NCBI GenBank assembly: GCA_964427615.1
Contig: CAYRUR010000005.1
Location: 15,369 to 79,368, forward strand
Direction of reading: 5' to 3'
DNA length: 64,000 nt
Origin: an uncultured Gammaproteobacteria bacterium
GTDB lineage: Bacteria > Patescibacteriota > Microgenomatia > Levybacterales > GWA1-39-11
Of this stretch, positions 28,789 through 38,918 are shown piece after piece (the stretch's first letter is position 1; each line of letters opens with the position of its first letter). Made by a program: the position numbers and the translations under genes. The notes below the pieces were generated by a model, which saw only the letters and a list, made by a program, of their open reading frames with translations, ran no database searches and had not been told where the DNA came from.

Positions 28789-30175
28789 CAGGCTTCATCT
28801 GTTTTCCTAATTCTTTTACACGATCTTCTAAATACTCTCGGTTGTTTTTTGATAAATCTTCATCTACTTCCTCAAAAAGAATCTTGAGGATTTTTCCTAC
28901 CTGTGGACCGGGAGAGATATTAAGAATGTTCATTACATCATTACCGTCTATGGCAAGATCATTAATAGAAAAAGGAGGATGGAGTTCTTTTTCCAGCCGT
29001 TCTTTAAATAACTTTAATCTCCAGCTTTCAGCTGTTTGTGTACCGCCTCCGAGTCTGTCTCCAATACGCAGATCCATCATATCAGAGACATTCTCAACAC
29101 CCACTCTTCTAATAAACCGTCTAATAGCACTGTCTGATAAATGTTCATGCACAGGGAACATATGCCACCTAATAAGTGTTACCAGCTTTTCTTTTTGTTT
29201 TTTGGAAAGGCGTAGATCATCAGCAATTTTGGCTGCAATACGTGCACCTGCTACTTCATGGTTGTAAAAGATAACATATCCGTTTTCATCATATGAGACA
29301 ACCTCTGATTTACCTACATCATGCAAGAGTGTTGCAAGACGCACTAAAGGATCTGTTGAAGGGCATTCTTTTAAAGAAAGGATGTTATGCGTAAATACAT
29401 CAGTAGTATGATGTCTACCCGGTCTTACTTGTGAAATACCTTTTCCCTTCACCAAGTCAGGAAGAATAATGGCTAGTATCCCTGCTTCATCCAAGAGGCG
29501 GATACCGATATAAGGATGATGACTTGAAAGAATTTTAAAAAGCTCATCTCTAATTCTTTCTTTTGATACGTGTTTGATAAGCTCAGCATTGTTAACAATA
29601 GCATCCCACGTTGTTTCATCTATCGTAAAATGCAGCTGAGTGGCAAAACGAATGGCCCGCATCAGACGTAGTGCATCTTCTTGAAATCGTTTGGAAGGAT
29701 CACCTACTGCTTTGATAACTTTCTTTTCTATATCTTTTCTTCCTTCAAAAGGGTCTACAAAATCAAAGTGAGTGGGGTGAGTGTAGTCGGGAATTGCAGC
29801 AGCAATGGCATTTACCGTAAAATCTCTTCTTTCAAGATCATCAGTTAAGGAAGTTCCCCATTCTACTGATTCTGGATGACGAAAATCTTTGTATTCTCGA
29901 TCTTTTCTGTACGTAGTTATCTCAACATAGTGTTTCGAGTCAGATAACTCTACACCAACCGTACCAAATGTGTTTTCATAAAAAGAGTCAGGGAAAAGTG
30001 ACTGGATTTGCTCAGGAGTGGCATTGGTAGTTAAGTCCCAATCAGTAATAGGTCTTCCCATAATAAGGTCTCTGACACATCCACCAACCAGATATACTTC
30101 AAATCCTGCATCTCTTACTTTTTTGTAAATCGGGACAATTTCTTTTTTTAACTCTTCCTCATTTTCTTTTTTCAT
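28781..30175 (-). CDS. cca: CCA-adding tRNA nucleotidyltransferase with HD domain
   Basis: VYLVGGCVRDLIMGRPITDWDLTT polymerase head; HD motif LLHDVGK. Confidence 0.8.
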   Translation of the reverse strand: MKKENEEELKKEIVPIYKKVRDAGFEVYLVGGCVRDLIMGRPITDWDLTTNATPEQIQSLFPDSFYENTFGTVGVELSDSKHYVEITTYRKDREYKDFRHPESVEWGTSLTDDLERRDFTVNAIAAAIPDYTHPTHFDFVDPFEGRKDIEKKVIKAVGDPSKRFQEDALRLMRAIRFATQLHFTIDETTWDAIVNNAELIKHVSKERIRDELFKILSSHHPYIGIRLLDEAGILAIILPDLVKGKGISQVRPGRHHTTDVFTHNILSLKECPSTDPLVRLATLLHDVGKSEVVSYDENGYVIFYNHEVAGARIAAKIADDLRLSKKQKEKLVTLIRWHMFPVHEHLSDSAIRRFIRRVGVENVSDMMDLRIGDRLGGGTQTAESWRLKLFKERLEKELHPPFSINDLAIDGNDVMNILNISPGPQVGKILKILFEEVDEDLSKNNREYLEDRVKELGKQMKPVV

Positions 30176-30212
30176 ATGATATTATAGATACGCACGTTTT
30201 CTACAGTATATC

Positions 30213-31880
30213 ATGAAAAAGTGGAAAGTATTAAGCACAAAAAACGATTTTTCTTCCCCCCAAGACATAATCAGCCAACTTCTTTTGCTGCGAGGAATTA
30301 CCACGAAAGAAGAAATTGAAGATTTTTTGCATCCTGATCTAAGTAAAATCTCACTCTCTTTTGTAGGGCTTGATAAAAAAGCTGTAGAAAAAGCTCTTAA
30401 AAGAATTGAGAAGGCCATAGAAAAGAACGAGAAAATTATTGTGTATGGAGACTATGATGTTGACGGTATATCTGGGACTGCAATTTTATGGGAAACGCTC
30501 TATCAAGCATACAAAAATGTTATTCCTTATATTCCTGATAGATTTGAAGAAGGGTACGGATTATCCAAAAAAGGAATTGAAAATATTCTCAGGACATATG
30601 ATGATGTGGGACTGATTATCACAGTTGATAACGGTATTGTAGCAAGCAAGGCAGTGGACTTTGCCAATGAGAAAGGAATAGATGTGATAGTTACCGATCA
30701 TCACACAAGAGGGAAAAAAGATCCTGATGCTTTTGCCATAGTACATACTACTAAGCTGTGCGGGGCAGGAGTTGCTTATATGCTTTCCAGAAGTTTTGAC
30801 CAGGTAGATATCATCAAAAATAAAAAACACTTAGAGTTGGTAGCACTTGCAACTATTGCAGATCTTGTTCCTTTAACCTATGCCAACAGAATACTAGCCA
30901 TATTTGGTATCAAAGAATTATCCAGGACAAAACGGCCAGGACTGCTGGAATTATTTAGAGCTTCGGGTATACAAAAAGAAAAAATAGGAGCCTATGAAAT
31001 AGGCTTTATTATTGGACCGCGGATAAATGCTATGGGAAGAATTGCCTCAGGCCTTGATAGCCTTCGTTTTTTATGTACCAGTAGCGCACAAAGAGCTGTT
31101 GGATTAGCATCTGCTCTGGAGGTAGTTAATAAGGACAGACAATCACTTACGCAACTGGCAGCACTGCATGCAAAAGAAATTTTTAGTAGAGAGAAGAGTA
31201 GTGTCTCAAAAATTGTATTCGTATCTCACACTGATTATAACCAGGGAGTTATAGGACTTGTTGCGTCAAAATTGGTAGAGGCTTACTATCGTCCTTCTTT
31301 TGTATTATCAGTCGGTGAAAAATATGCAAAAGGTTCTGCACGCTCTATAACAGGGGTAAATATTATAGAAATGATTCGTTCTGCATCTACTTATTTAGTA
31401 GAAGCAGGAGGGCATCCGATGGCAGCAGGATTTACGGTAGAGACAGAAAAAATTGAGTATTTTAAAAAAGAATTAGAAGAAGCTGCTGAAAAAGTAGTAA
31501 CTGAGGAGCATCTGCAGAGAACTCTTTTAGTAGATATGCCTCTTGCTTTTTCAGCTATTTCTTTTGATTTATGCAAACACATCCAAAAGCTAGCTCCTTT
31601 TGGAGTAGGGAATGATGAACCTATTTTTGTGACACCAGAAGTATATATTTCTGACTTAAAGTATATGGGAAAAGAAAAAAATCATCTCAAATTGTGGGTT
31701 GAAAAAGATGGTTTTTCCTTTGAAGCAGTACTTTTTGGATTTAAGGAAAAATTAGGAGAAAATATTGATCTGCGAGTTAACGACAAAATTGATATTGCCT
31801 ATACAGTTGGTATAAATGAATGGAATGGGAGTAGGAAAATAAATTTGATGGTGAAGGATATTAAAATTATTGAGAAATAG
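30213..31880 (+). CDS. recJ: single-stranded-DNA-specific exonuclease RecJ
   Basis: DHH motifs VYGDYDVDGISGTAIL and VTDHH; DHHA1 region GGHPMAAG. Confidence 0.85.
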   Translation: MKKWKVLSTKNDFSSPQDIISQLLLLRGITTKEEIEDFLHPDLSKISLSFVGLDKKAVEKALKRIEKAIEKNEKIIVYGDYDVDGISGTAILWETLYQAYKNVIPYIPDRFEEGYGLSKKGIENILRTYDDVGLIITVDNGIVASKAVDFANEKGIDVIVTDHHTRGKKDPDAFAIVHTTKLCGAGVAYMLSRSFDQVDIIKNKKHLELVALATIADLVPLTYANRILAIFGIKELSRTKRPGLLELFRASGIQKEKIGAYEIGFIIGPRINAMGRIASGLDSLRFLCTSSAQRAVGLASALEVVNKDRQSLTQLAALHAKEIFSREKSSVSKIVFVSHTDYNQGVIGLVASKLVEAYYRPSFVLSVGEKYAKGSARSITGVNIIEMIRSASTYLVEAGGHPMAAGFTVETEKIEYFKKELEEAAEKVVTEEHLQRTLLVDMPLAFSAISFDLCKHIQKLAPFGVGNDEPIFVTPEVYISDLKYMGKEKNHLKLWVEKDGFSFEAVLFGFKEKLGENIDLRVNDKIDIAYTVGINEWNGSRKINLMVKDIKIIEK

Positions 31881-32535
31881 GTTGAGAAAGTGGAGAAAGT
31901 CCCAAGCGCTTTCTTACGGTATTATCTGTAATATCTGGAGAATCCGGCACTGTTTTCCCTGCTATTCTAAGCATTTCATTCATAGTATTGATTTTATGTA
32001 TCATTCTGTTAAATTGAGTATATGCTTCCTCAAATAATAATAAGCGGGTATAGTCTCCATTCATATACCTCTTTTTAACAAAAGGGTAGCGAATAGGATC
32101 TTTGTGATGTTTAAGGGAGTCTATTGTTTCTTCAAATTCTAGAATGCACCTTTCTGTAAGAGGGGGAAGAATAGATTGGTCAATTGGAACGAGAGTAGCT
32201 GCTTGTTTGATCGTTGTTGTAGCAGATACCCTTAGTGCTTCTGTTGTTTCTTCGTCGTCTAGTAAGTTGTCTATCCATGTGTTTTTTTCAGGAGAATCAG
32301 TTTGTTCTTTTGCAAACAAGAGTACTTCTCCTGCTTCTGTTTTTTCTGATTGTATTCGTACGTCTCCTATAATGTAGCTAGCTATATTACTCATCTTAGC
32401 GGTGGACAATATATCCTCAATTCTTTCTCGTGGCATTAATGGAAAAGCATTAGCATATCCATTTCTTGGCTGCCCAGGAAAGAGATCTTCCAATCTTTGT
32501 ACATTTTGATGTTGCGAAAGCATTTCTACTGCCAT
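31867..32535 (-). CDS. hypothetical protein
   Basis: The 232-aa track ORF (to 32565) has its first ATG inside a terminator-like hairpin loop. The internal Met at 32535 is the more plausible start. No recognisable domain. Confidence 0.4.
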   Translation of the reverse strand: MAVEMLSQHQNVQRLEDLFPGQPRNGYANAFPLMPRERIEDILSTAKMSNIASYIIGDVRIQSEKTEAGEVLLFAKEQTDSPEKNTWIDNLLDDEETTEALRVSATTTIKQAATLVPIDQSILPPLTERCILEFEETIDSLKHHKDPIRYPFVKKRYMNGDYTRLLLFEEAYTQFNRMIHKINTMNEMLRIAGKTVPDSPDITDNTVRKRLGLSPLSQPISQ

Positions 32536-32553
32536 ATATTTTTTTCCATAAAA

Positions 32554-32592
32554 AAACTCCCTCATCTTTTGGGGAGTTTTTGTTTTGTTTAC
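32554..32592. terminator. 8-bp hairpin (aaactccc ... gggagttt) flanked by an A-run upstream and a T-run downstream; possible bidirectional intrinsic terminator
   Basis: Arms at 32554-32561 and 32572-32579, then tttgttttgttt. The mirror A-tract upstream gives the same architecture on the minus strand. Confidence 0.4.
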
Positions 32593-32721
32593 TGAAATTA
32601 TGTTTACTTTATTTCTTCTTTATACAAAAACTCCACCCATTTCTCATAGGGATGACGTGTTTATTTGTGAGTTTTGCAGAAAGGTACATAAAACACCAAA
32701 ACTATAGCAAGAAAAAAACAG

Positions 32722-32750
32722 CTTGTCAATAACAGCATTTACTAGTATGA
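32722..32750 (+). promoter_or_regulatory. sigma70-like promoter for the Asp/Asn-tRNA ligase gene (TTGTCA-N17-TATGAT)
   Basis: ttgtca at 32722-32727, 17-nt spacer, tatgat at 32745-32750. First in-frame ATG at 32774. Confidence 0.35.
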
Positions 32751-32773
32751 TATAGAAGTTGAAAAAAGAGCTT

Positions 32774-34147
32774 ATGAAAGAAGATTTAAAAAGAACACTA
32801 ATTAGTAAAACTCCCCAAGCAGTAGATCAGGAAGTCTTGATCAAAGGATGGGTCCAAAGGGTGAGAACACACGGGAAATTGGTCTTCATGGATGTGAGGG
32901 ATAGAACGGGGGCAGTACAGGTGATCGTAAATGCAAAAACAGCGCCTGAAGCATTCGAGACAGCACAAGATTTGCGTGCAGAGTTTGCTATCCAGATGAT
33001 TGGAAAAGTAAACAAAAGACCAGAAAATGCTATTAATAAAGATCTTATTACCGGTACTATAGAAGTTGAGGCTCTTGCTCTTACGGTACTTGCTGCAGCA
33101 GAGGTCACTCCTTTTGATACAACGAAAAAAACATTACATTTAGAATTACCTACATTACTGGATCATAGATCACTTACGTTAAAACATCCTTCTGTGCAAG
33201 ACATTTTTATGGTACAGGCAACACTTGCTGAAGAATTTCGAAATGCGGCAAAAGAGTTAGATTGTGTAGAAGTCTTTGTTCCGACGATTGCAGCTGGTGC
33301 AACTGAAGGAGGAGCGGAGGTATTTCCTATAGGATACTATGGTCATAAAGCTTTTTTGACGCAAAGTCCTCAATTGTACAAACAAATCATGGTAGGAGTA
33401 TTGGAAAGAGTCTTTACGATTGCTAAAGCATATCGGGCAGAACCATCTGTTACGACAATGCATCTTGCAGAGTCTACACAGATGGATATTGAAATGGGAT
33501 TTATAGACTCTTTTGGAGATTTACTTGATGCGTTAGAATTTGTTGGAACTACAGTTGTTAAAAACACTGCTGAAAAACATACTGTAGTTTTTGAGAGATT
33601 TGGAATAGAAAAACCACTTGTTGCTGCAAAAGTCCCCCGCTTAAAACTGCGTGAAGCACAGGAGATTATAAAAGAGAGGACTGGACGTGACCTTTCAAAA
33701 GAAATGGATTTAAATAGAGAAGATGAAGTTGAGATTTGGAAGTGGGCAAGAGAAACACATAACTCAGATTTTGTGACTATTACTCATTTTCCTACCAAAA
33801 AAAGAGCGTTTTATACTTATCCAGATCCTGAGAATCCAGAGTATAGTCTTTCCTATGATCTTATTTTCAAAGGCCTTGAGATTTTAAGTGGAAGTCAGAG
33901 AATCCATGATTATAACCAGCTCATAGAAGCTATGGAGAAAAAGGGAGTAAATCCAAAGAATTTTGGCATGTACTTACAGGCATTTCGTTATGGAGTACCT
34001 CCAGAGGGTGGATTTTCCTTTGGTTTGGAACGACTGACTATGAAACTACTGGATCTTGCAAATGTACGAGAAGCCTCGCTATTCCCAAGAGATATGGAAC
34101 GAGTGGATGAAAGATTTTCAGTTACAGAAGAAGTTAACAAAGAATAA
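32774..34147 (+). CDS. class IIb aminoacyl-tRNA synthetase: aspartyl- (archaeal/non-discriminating type) or asparaginyl-tRNA ligase
   Basis: N-terminal OB anticodon-binding domain (VLIKGWVQRVRTHGKLVFMDVRDRTG); motif 2 YRAEPSVTTMHLAES; motif 3 FSFGLERL. The track ORF opens at a non-start TGG (32759); ATG at 32774 is used. Confidence 0.75.
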   Translation: MKEDLKRTLISKTPQAVDQEVLIKGWVQRVRTHGKLVFMDVRDRTGAVQVIVNAKTAPEAFETAQDLRAEFAIQMIGKVNKRPENAINKDLITGTIEVEALALTVLAAAEVTPFDTTKKTLHLELPTLLDHRSLTLKHPSVQDIFMVQATLAEEFRNAAKELDCVEVFVPTIAAGATEGGAEVFPIGYYGHKAFLTQSPQLYKQIMVGVLERVFTIAKAYRAEPSVTTMHLAESTQMDIEMGFIDSFGDLLDALEFVGTTVVKNTAEKHTVVFERFGIEKPLVAAKVPRLKLREAQEIIKERTGRDLSKEMDLNREDEVEIWKWARETHNSDFVTITHFPTKKRAFYTYPDPENPEYSLSYDLIFKGLEILSGSQRIHDYNQLIEAMEKKGVNPKNFGMYLQAFRYGVPPEGGFSFGLERLTMKLLDLANVREASLFPRDMERVDERFSVTEEVNKE

Positions 34148-34160
34148 CGTTTATATCTTT

Positions 34161-35078
34161 TTGAAAAATACCTTCTCATCTTTTCGGGTGTTTCATGTGG
34201 CGCTTGTTTTGGTAAGTGTTAATATCTTATTTCTTTCTCTTGCAGTATATTTTCATAAAAAAATACAAAGTATCTCTTTTACTCCAGTAAGTGCCCAGGT
34301 AGTCTATAAAAATTCCCCTCTTCCTTTTGTTGCTAAAAATATTGATGTTAAAACATCTGCCAGAGCACTAGTAGTCTACGATCCTGAAACACGGACAGTG
34401 GTATATGGCAAGAATCAAAACTTTCGGTTTGCACCTGCTTCAACTACAAAAATAATGACTGCTTTAATAGCTCTTGAAAACTACAACTTAAATAAAGTTA
34501 TGACTGCTAATGGAGTATGGACTGTACAGGGATCTAAGATGAATTTAGTAGAAGGAGAGAGAATAACAGTACATAGTCTTTTGTATGGGCTCATGCTGCC
34601 TTCAGGCAATGACGCAGCTTATGTATTAGCACATAACTATCCTGGAGGATATACAGATTTTATGCAAAAAATGAATGAGAAAGCAAAAAAGCTGTATTTG
34701 CAGAATACCTTTTTTGTGGATCCTGCAGGTCTAGAGGACGCAAACTACACAACTGCCTCTGACTTGGCTCGTCTGGCAGCTTATGCTATGCAAAATGATG
34801 TTTTCAGAACAGTTGTAGGGACAAAGACAAAAACAGTTCTTGATGCATCAGGTATGATACCGCATGAGTTGGTAAACTTAAATAAACTCTTGGACTTACC
34901 AGGAGTGATAGGTGTAAAGACAGGTTTTACTGAAGAGGCAGGACAAGTATTGGCTACTGCTTATCAGTATCAGGGGAAAACATACATTATTGTGGTCTTA
35001 CAAAGTACTGATAGGTTTTCTGATACTGCTACTATTATAAAAGAGGTAGTTGATAAAATTAAGTTAATTTCCTATTGA
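34161..35078 (+). CDS. D-alanyl-D-alanine carboxypeptidase (peptidase S11, low-molecular-weight PBP)
   Basis: SxxK motif FAPASTTKIMTAL, SGN motif LPSGNDAA, KTG motif VKTGFT. True start uncertain (TTG 34161 or GTG 34188); the track ORF start at 34056 lies inside the upstream gene. Confidence 0.75.
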   Translation: MKNTFSSFRVFHVALVLVSVNILFLSLAVYFHKKIQSISFTPVSAQVVYKNSPLPFVAKNIDVKTSARALVVYDPETRTVVYGKNQNFRFAPASTTKIMTALIALENYNLNKVMTANGVWTVQGSKMNLVEGERITVHSLLYGLMLPSGNDAAYVLAHNYPGGYTDFMQKMNEKAKKLYLQNTFFVDPAGLEDANYTTASDLARLAAYAMQNDVFRTVVGTKTKTVLDASGMIPHELVNLNKLLDLPGVIGVKTGFTEEAGQVLATAYQYQGKTYIIVVLQSTDRFSDTATIIKEVVDKIKLISY

Positions 35079-36194
35079 ATTATCAGCTAAAGCAAGTACG
35101 TAAGCGGTAAAATTGGTGCCTTTAAATATGACAATTGGTACGAGATACGGATACTCATCTTCTCCGCTGTAGTAACCCAAAGATACTTCAGTAATCTGGA
35201 CTTCTTGTAAGTTATTGGGATTTACAATATACGCATTTCCTTTTTGTAAATCTTCATATGCTTGTTTGATGCTTTTGATAGGGTAAGTGCCTGCTAGCTC
35301 TGGATTGGTAAAATCGAGAGGTTTGTGAAAAAATTTGCCTTGCGCAATCTCAAGATCAAATCTGCTGGTTGTTTTAACATAAAAATACATGGATGATTCA
35401 TCAGGTGTGGGGTAATAAATGGGAAGACTTTCCACTGTTTCTTTATTCAGCAAAAACGGTTTATGAACCGGAGCATTTTGTTGATAGAGGTCAACCCTGG
35501 CTACTTGTGCTTGTGCAGGATTTTGAGTCGGAATGAGGCTATTACCGATTACTGTGTAATAAGTGGTTTTGGTTTGTCCTTTATCTAAGTCAACTGTGCT
35601 TTGAGGATCAAGAGCATCCAAAAAATTAAGGACAAAAGTGTTAATTTCAGTTGCTTCAGGAAGTGGAAATGCAGCAGTGCTGGCAATAGTTGGGATAAAA
35701 TCAAAATCAATCGTAAAATTATGTGTAATAATATCATAATTGATAACTGCCCCATCTGTTCGTGCCCATTGGTAGATATTATTACCTGTTTTTATCTCAC
35801 GGAGAGAAAAGTTCCTTAGAGCTACGTTACTTCGTGCTGTTTGTAGAGCAAATAAATTGGGTTCTCGTGTCTGAAATTTAAATACCTTCATACGAGATGG
35901 AATAGGCGGGAGCGTGCCAGTCACGGTATTAATCTGATACGTTATATCCTGTTGTCCGGCGACAGGCAATGATACTGGAGGTAATTTTTCAAAACGAGCC
36001 CAGTCTTCAGGAAGCGGTTCTGGAGGGGGAAAGTAAGTGTTGCGAATAACACCAAATAGTTGGATACCGATAAAAATAACAATTCCGGCAGCAATAGCTC
36101 CAGCAGCAATTTTAAGTATCAGACGTGTTTCACTGGTTATTTCTGAAAGAGAGGCCATGTCTTGAGTATAGGCAATGCTTTGTGTAAAATGCAA
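35064..36194 (-). CDS. hypothetical membrane-anchored extracytoplasmic protein
   Basis: 376 aa, single N-terminal TM (ILKIAAGAIAAGIVIFIGIQLFGVI). No recognisable domain. Confidence 0.4.
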   Translation of the reverse strand: MHFTQSIAYTQDMASLSEITSETRLILKIAAGAIAAGIVIFIGIQLFGVIRNTYFPPPEPLPEDWARFEKLPPVSLPVAGQQDITYQINTVTGTLPPIPSRMKVFKFQTREPNLFALQTARSNVALRNFSLREIKTGNNIYQWARTDGAVINYDIITHNFTIDFDFIPTIASTAAFPLPEATEINTFVLNFLDALDPQSTVDLDKGQTKTTYYTVIGNSLIPTQNPAQAQVARVDLYQQNAPVHKPFLLNKETVESLPIYYPTPDESSMYFYVKTTSRFDLEIAQGKFFHKPLDFTNPELAGTYPIKSIKQAYEDLQKGNAYIVNPNNLQEVQITEVSLGYYSGEDEYPYLVPIVIFKGTNFTAYVLALADNSIGN

Positions 36195-37604
36195 GATATG
36201 AATGTAAAAAATGCTGATAATACGGTCCGTGTGAGAATAGCTCCTTCACCTACTGGATATCCTCATATTGGTACTATTTACCAAGCTTTATTTAACTATG
36301 CCTTTGCCAAAAAACATCACGGTAGTTTTATAGTACGTATTGAAGATACTGACCAGACACGATTTGTAGCAGATGCAGAAGAGGCAATTTTTAACGCGCT
36401 TGATTGGTTTGGTTTGATTGAGGATGAAAGTTCACGAAAGGGAGGCAATTTTGGTCCTTATCGCCAGTCAGAACGATTAGAACTGTATCATCAGTATGCC
36501 CAAGAATTGATTGACAAAGGATATGCTGAGTTTGCATACTATCCCAAAAAAGAAGCAGTTGGTAAAAAAGAATATGGGCAGCAAAATGCTCAGGAAAAAG
36601 TGTCAGTAGAGCCTCAGACACCTCCTGCACCTACTTCTATAAAAGAAATGCTTGCTGATAAAGAACAATTTGTAGATTGGGTAGTAAGAATGAGAGTCCC
36701 AAAGGATGAAAAAATTGTGGTGGATGATGCAATTCGCGGTAACATTGAGTTTGATACAAATCAAGTAAGTGCACAGGTTCTTCTTAAATCAGATGGGTTT
36801 CCAACGTACCATTTAGGAGCAGTTGTCGATGACCATTTGATGCAGATTACCCATATTGTGAGAGCTGAAGAATGGCTTTCTTCTTTTCCAAAACACTGGC
36901 TTTTGTATCGCTATTTTCAGTGGCCAATGCCACCTGTTTTTCATACTGCAACCTTGAGAAATCCTGATAAGTCAAAGCTTTCCAAGCGACAAGGGCATAC
37001 GAATGTAAATTGGTATAAAGAACAAGGATTTTTGCCTGAGACAATTTTAAATTATTTAGCGCTTTTAGGATGGAGTCATCCTGAGGAAAAAGAAATTTTT
37101 TCCCTTGATGAATTTATCAGTTTGTTTGATTTAAAAGATATTAAGCCAATACCCCCTATCTTTGACCTTACAAAATTAGAGTGGATGAATGGCGTATACA
37201 TAAGGGATATGGAGAATAGTAAACTTCTTGAAAAACTGATGGCATATGATCAGACAATCAAAGAAATAGATAAAACACTTCTTGATCAATTTATAGAACT
37301 AGCGAAAACACGCATGAAGACATTAAAAGATTTTTCTTCGCTTGTTATGCCATTTGTAAAACCAAATGCAGTTGTGCTTGCAGAAGAGCAAAAGAGAATA
37401 CAAGAAGCAGTGAGACAGTCACTGGAAAGCACAGAACACTGGGATAAAGAGCAGATTGTTCAAACACTAAAAGAAGTTACCAAACAAAACAATGTTAATT
37501 TTAAGTTTTTATATAAAATAACTATTGGTGCAGAATTTGGTTTGCCTTTAGCAGATGTATTTGAGATACTAGGAAAAGAGAAAACACTTGTCTTTTTCTC
37601 GTAG
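36189..37604 (+). CDS. gltX: glutamyl-tRNA synthetase
   Basis: RIAPSPTGYPHIGTIYQALFNYAFAK (HIGH region) and KLSKRQ (KMSKS). Start ambiguous (ATG at 36162, 36189 or 36198). Confidence 0.85.
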   Translation: MQDMNVKNADNTVRVRIAPSPTGYPHIGTIYQALFNYAFAKKHHGSFIVRIEDTDQTRFVADAEEAIFNALDWFGLIEDESSRKGGNFGPYRQSERLELYHQYAQELIDKGYAEFAYYPKKEAVGKKEYGQQNAQEKVSVEPQTPPAPTSIKEMLADKEQFVDWVVRMRVPKDEKIVVDDAIRGNIEFDTNQVSAQVLLKSDGFPTYHLGAVVDDHLMQITHIVRAEEWLSSFPKHWLLYRYFQWPMPPVFHTATLRNPDKSKLSKRQGHTNVNWYKEQGFLPETILNYLALLGWSHPEEKEIFSLDEFISLFDLKDIKPIPPIFDLTKLEWMNGVYIRDMENSKLLEKLMAYDQTIKEIDKTLLDQFIELAKTRMKTLKDFSSLVMPFVKPNAVVLAEEQKRIQEAVRQSLESTEHWDKEQIVQTLKEVTKQNNVNFKFLYKITIGAEFGLPLADVFEILGKEKTLVFFS

Positions 37605-37608
37605 AACT

Positions 37609-37965
37609 ATGGAAATCAAACGATTTATACGCTCTTTTCGTTACTCTTTAGAAGGATTTGTACATATTTTCAAATATCATCAAAACATCCGTTTTCACTC
37701 ATTTGCAGCTCTGGCAGTCATCATGTTAGCTTTGCTTTTACAGCTTAGCAGAATAGAATTTCTTTTTATTTTACTTGCGATATTTATTGTTTTTGTAGCT
37801 GAGATGATTAATACAGCAATCGAGGAAATGACGAATTTGATAACTACAGAACACAGAAAAGAAGCAAAAATTGCAAAAGACGTAGCTTCTGCAGCAGTAT
37901 TACTGTCAAGTATTCTTGCTTTTATCATTGGGATGATTATTTTTATTCCCAAAATAATATCCTAA
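37609..37965 (+). CDS. dgkA: diacylglycerol/undecaprenol kinase (DgkA family)
   Basis: FRYSLEGFVHIFKYHQNIRFH...AEMINTAIEEM matches DgkA. 3 TMs. Confidence 0.75.
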   Translation: MEIKRFIRSFRYSLEGFVHIFKYHQNIRFHSFAALAVIMLALLLQLSRIEFLFILLAIFIVFVAEMINTAIEEMTNLITTEHRKEAKIAKDVASAAVLLSSILAFIIGMIIFIPKIIS

Positions 37966-38231
37966 TTTTTTTCTCCTGTTTGTCCTCTGGCGGTTGTAAG
38001 TGCAAGAATTTCTGAGAGTTTTTGTACAAATTTTTGAGCATGGTCTCTGCTCATACCGACTCGTGCAACTACTTGTAACTGAGAAGATGTACCGATTCTT
38101 TGACATACATCAAACGTAACACCATCTTCATTTACATTCATAAAAACAGTATCAGTATACAAAATAGGAGTTGCGTTAGGATTTACACTGACATTGAGGT
38201 TGGAGCTTTCATCGTTAACTGGCTTTTTCAA
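37962..38231 (-). CDS. hypothetical small protein (possibly DUF3467-like)
   Basis: 89 aa. Weak resemblance only. Confidence 0.3.
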   Translation of the reverse strand: MKKPVNDESSNLNVSVNPNATPILYTDTVFMNVNEDGVTFDVCQRIGTSSQLQVVARVGMSRDHAQKFVQKLSEILALTTARGQTGEKN

Positions 38232-38249
38232 TTATTTATAACACCTCCT

Positions 38250-38813
38250 TTATCTGTGGTTTTCTTTTAGTATTTTAGTAAGATCAATGGTTTTTTCAAC
38301 CAATTCTGTGAGTTTTTCTTTTGCTTTTTCATCTGTGAGATTGCCTGATGTATCAAATATTTTAGGAGCAAAGCGTACCATTAGTTGCGGTTGTGGTAAG
38401 AGCAATACATTAAAAGAAGCCATGACTTGACGTAGATGCTGTTGCATTCTCACTGTTCCGAACATGCCATCACTTGCTCCAAAAATAGCTCCTGTTTTGC
38501 CAGTCATGGGATTGCCCTGACGAGAGATCCAATCAAGCGCATTTTTTAACACTCCTGGAATAGAATGATTGTATTCAGGTGAGCAGATTAAAAACATATC
38601 AGCCCATTCGGCTTGTTCTCTGATCTGCTTTACTGACTCTGGAAATCCTTGCACTTCAACATCTGCGTTATACAGCGGAATATCTATTAAATCTGCTACC
38701 TTTACTTCTGCACCATACTGTTGAGCAATCTTTACTGCTTCTTGTAAAAGCATTTTGTTGTATGACTGTGCTCGTAAACTACCGGGAATTGCGAGGACAT
38801 GAATGGGTTTCAT
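38250..38813 (-). CDS. NAD(P)H-dependent FMN reductase (flavodoxin-like fold)
   Basis: MKPIHVLAIPGSLRAQSYNKMLL...FLICSPEYNHSIPGVLKNALDW matches the NADPH-dependent FMN reductase family. Confidence 0.75.
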   Translation of the reverse strand: MKPIHVLAIPGSLRAQSYNKMLLQEAVKIAQQYGAEVKVADLIDIPLYNADVEVQGFPESVKQIREQAEWADMFLICSPEYNHSIPGVLKNALDWISRQGNPMTGKTGAIFGASDGMFGTVRMQQHLRQVMASFNVLLLPQPQLMVRFAPKIFDTSGNLTDEKAKEKLTELVEKTIDLTKILKENHR

Positions 38814-38918
38814 ATTGTTTTATTATATCACCAACTGAAAGTAAGAGGATAAGTAAATGCTTATGTAATAGTAAGAAAAGCTATTATTTTTTTTATACTA
38901 TAATAGGGATATATAGAT

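Noticed and set aside
32554-32758. T-box leader upstream of the Asp/Asn-tRNA ligase gene
   Set aside because: The only terminator-like hairpin lies upstream of the best promoter (TTGTCA-N17-TATGAT at 32722-32750). No specifier or T-box consensus (AATTAGGGTGGNACCGCG) is visible.
32759-32773. Track start of the Asp/Asn-tRNA ligase ORF at 32759
   Set aside because: The codon at 32759 is TGG, and an in-frame TGA lies at 32747. The first valid start is ATG 32774.
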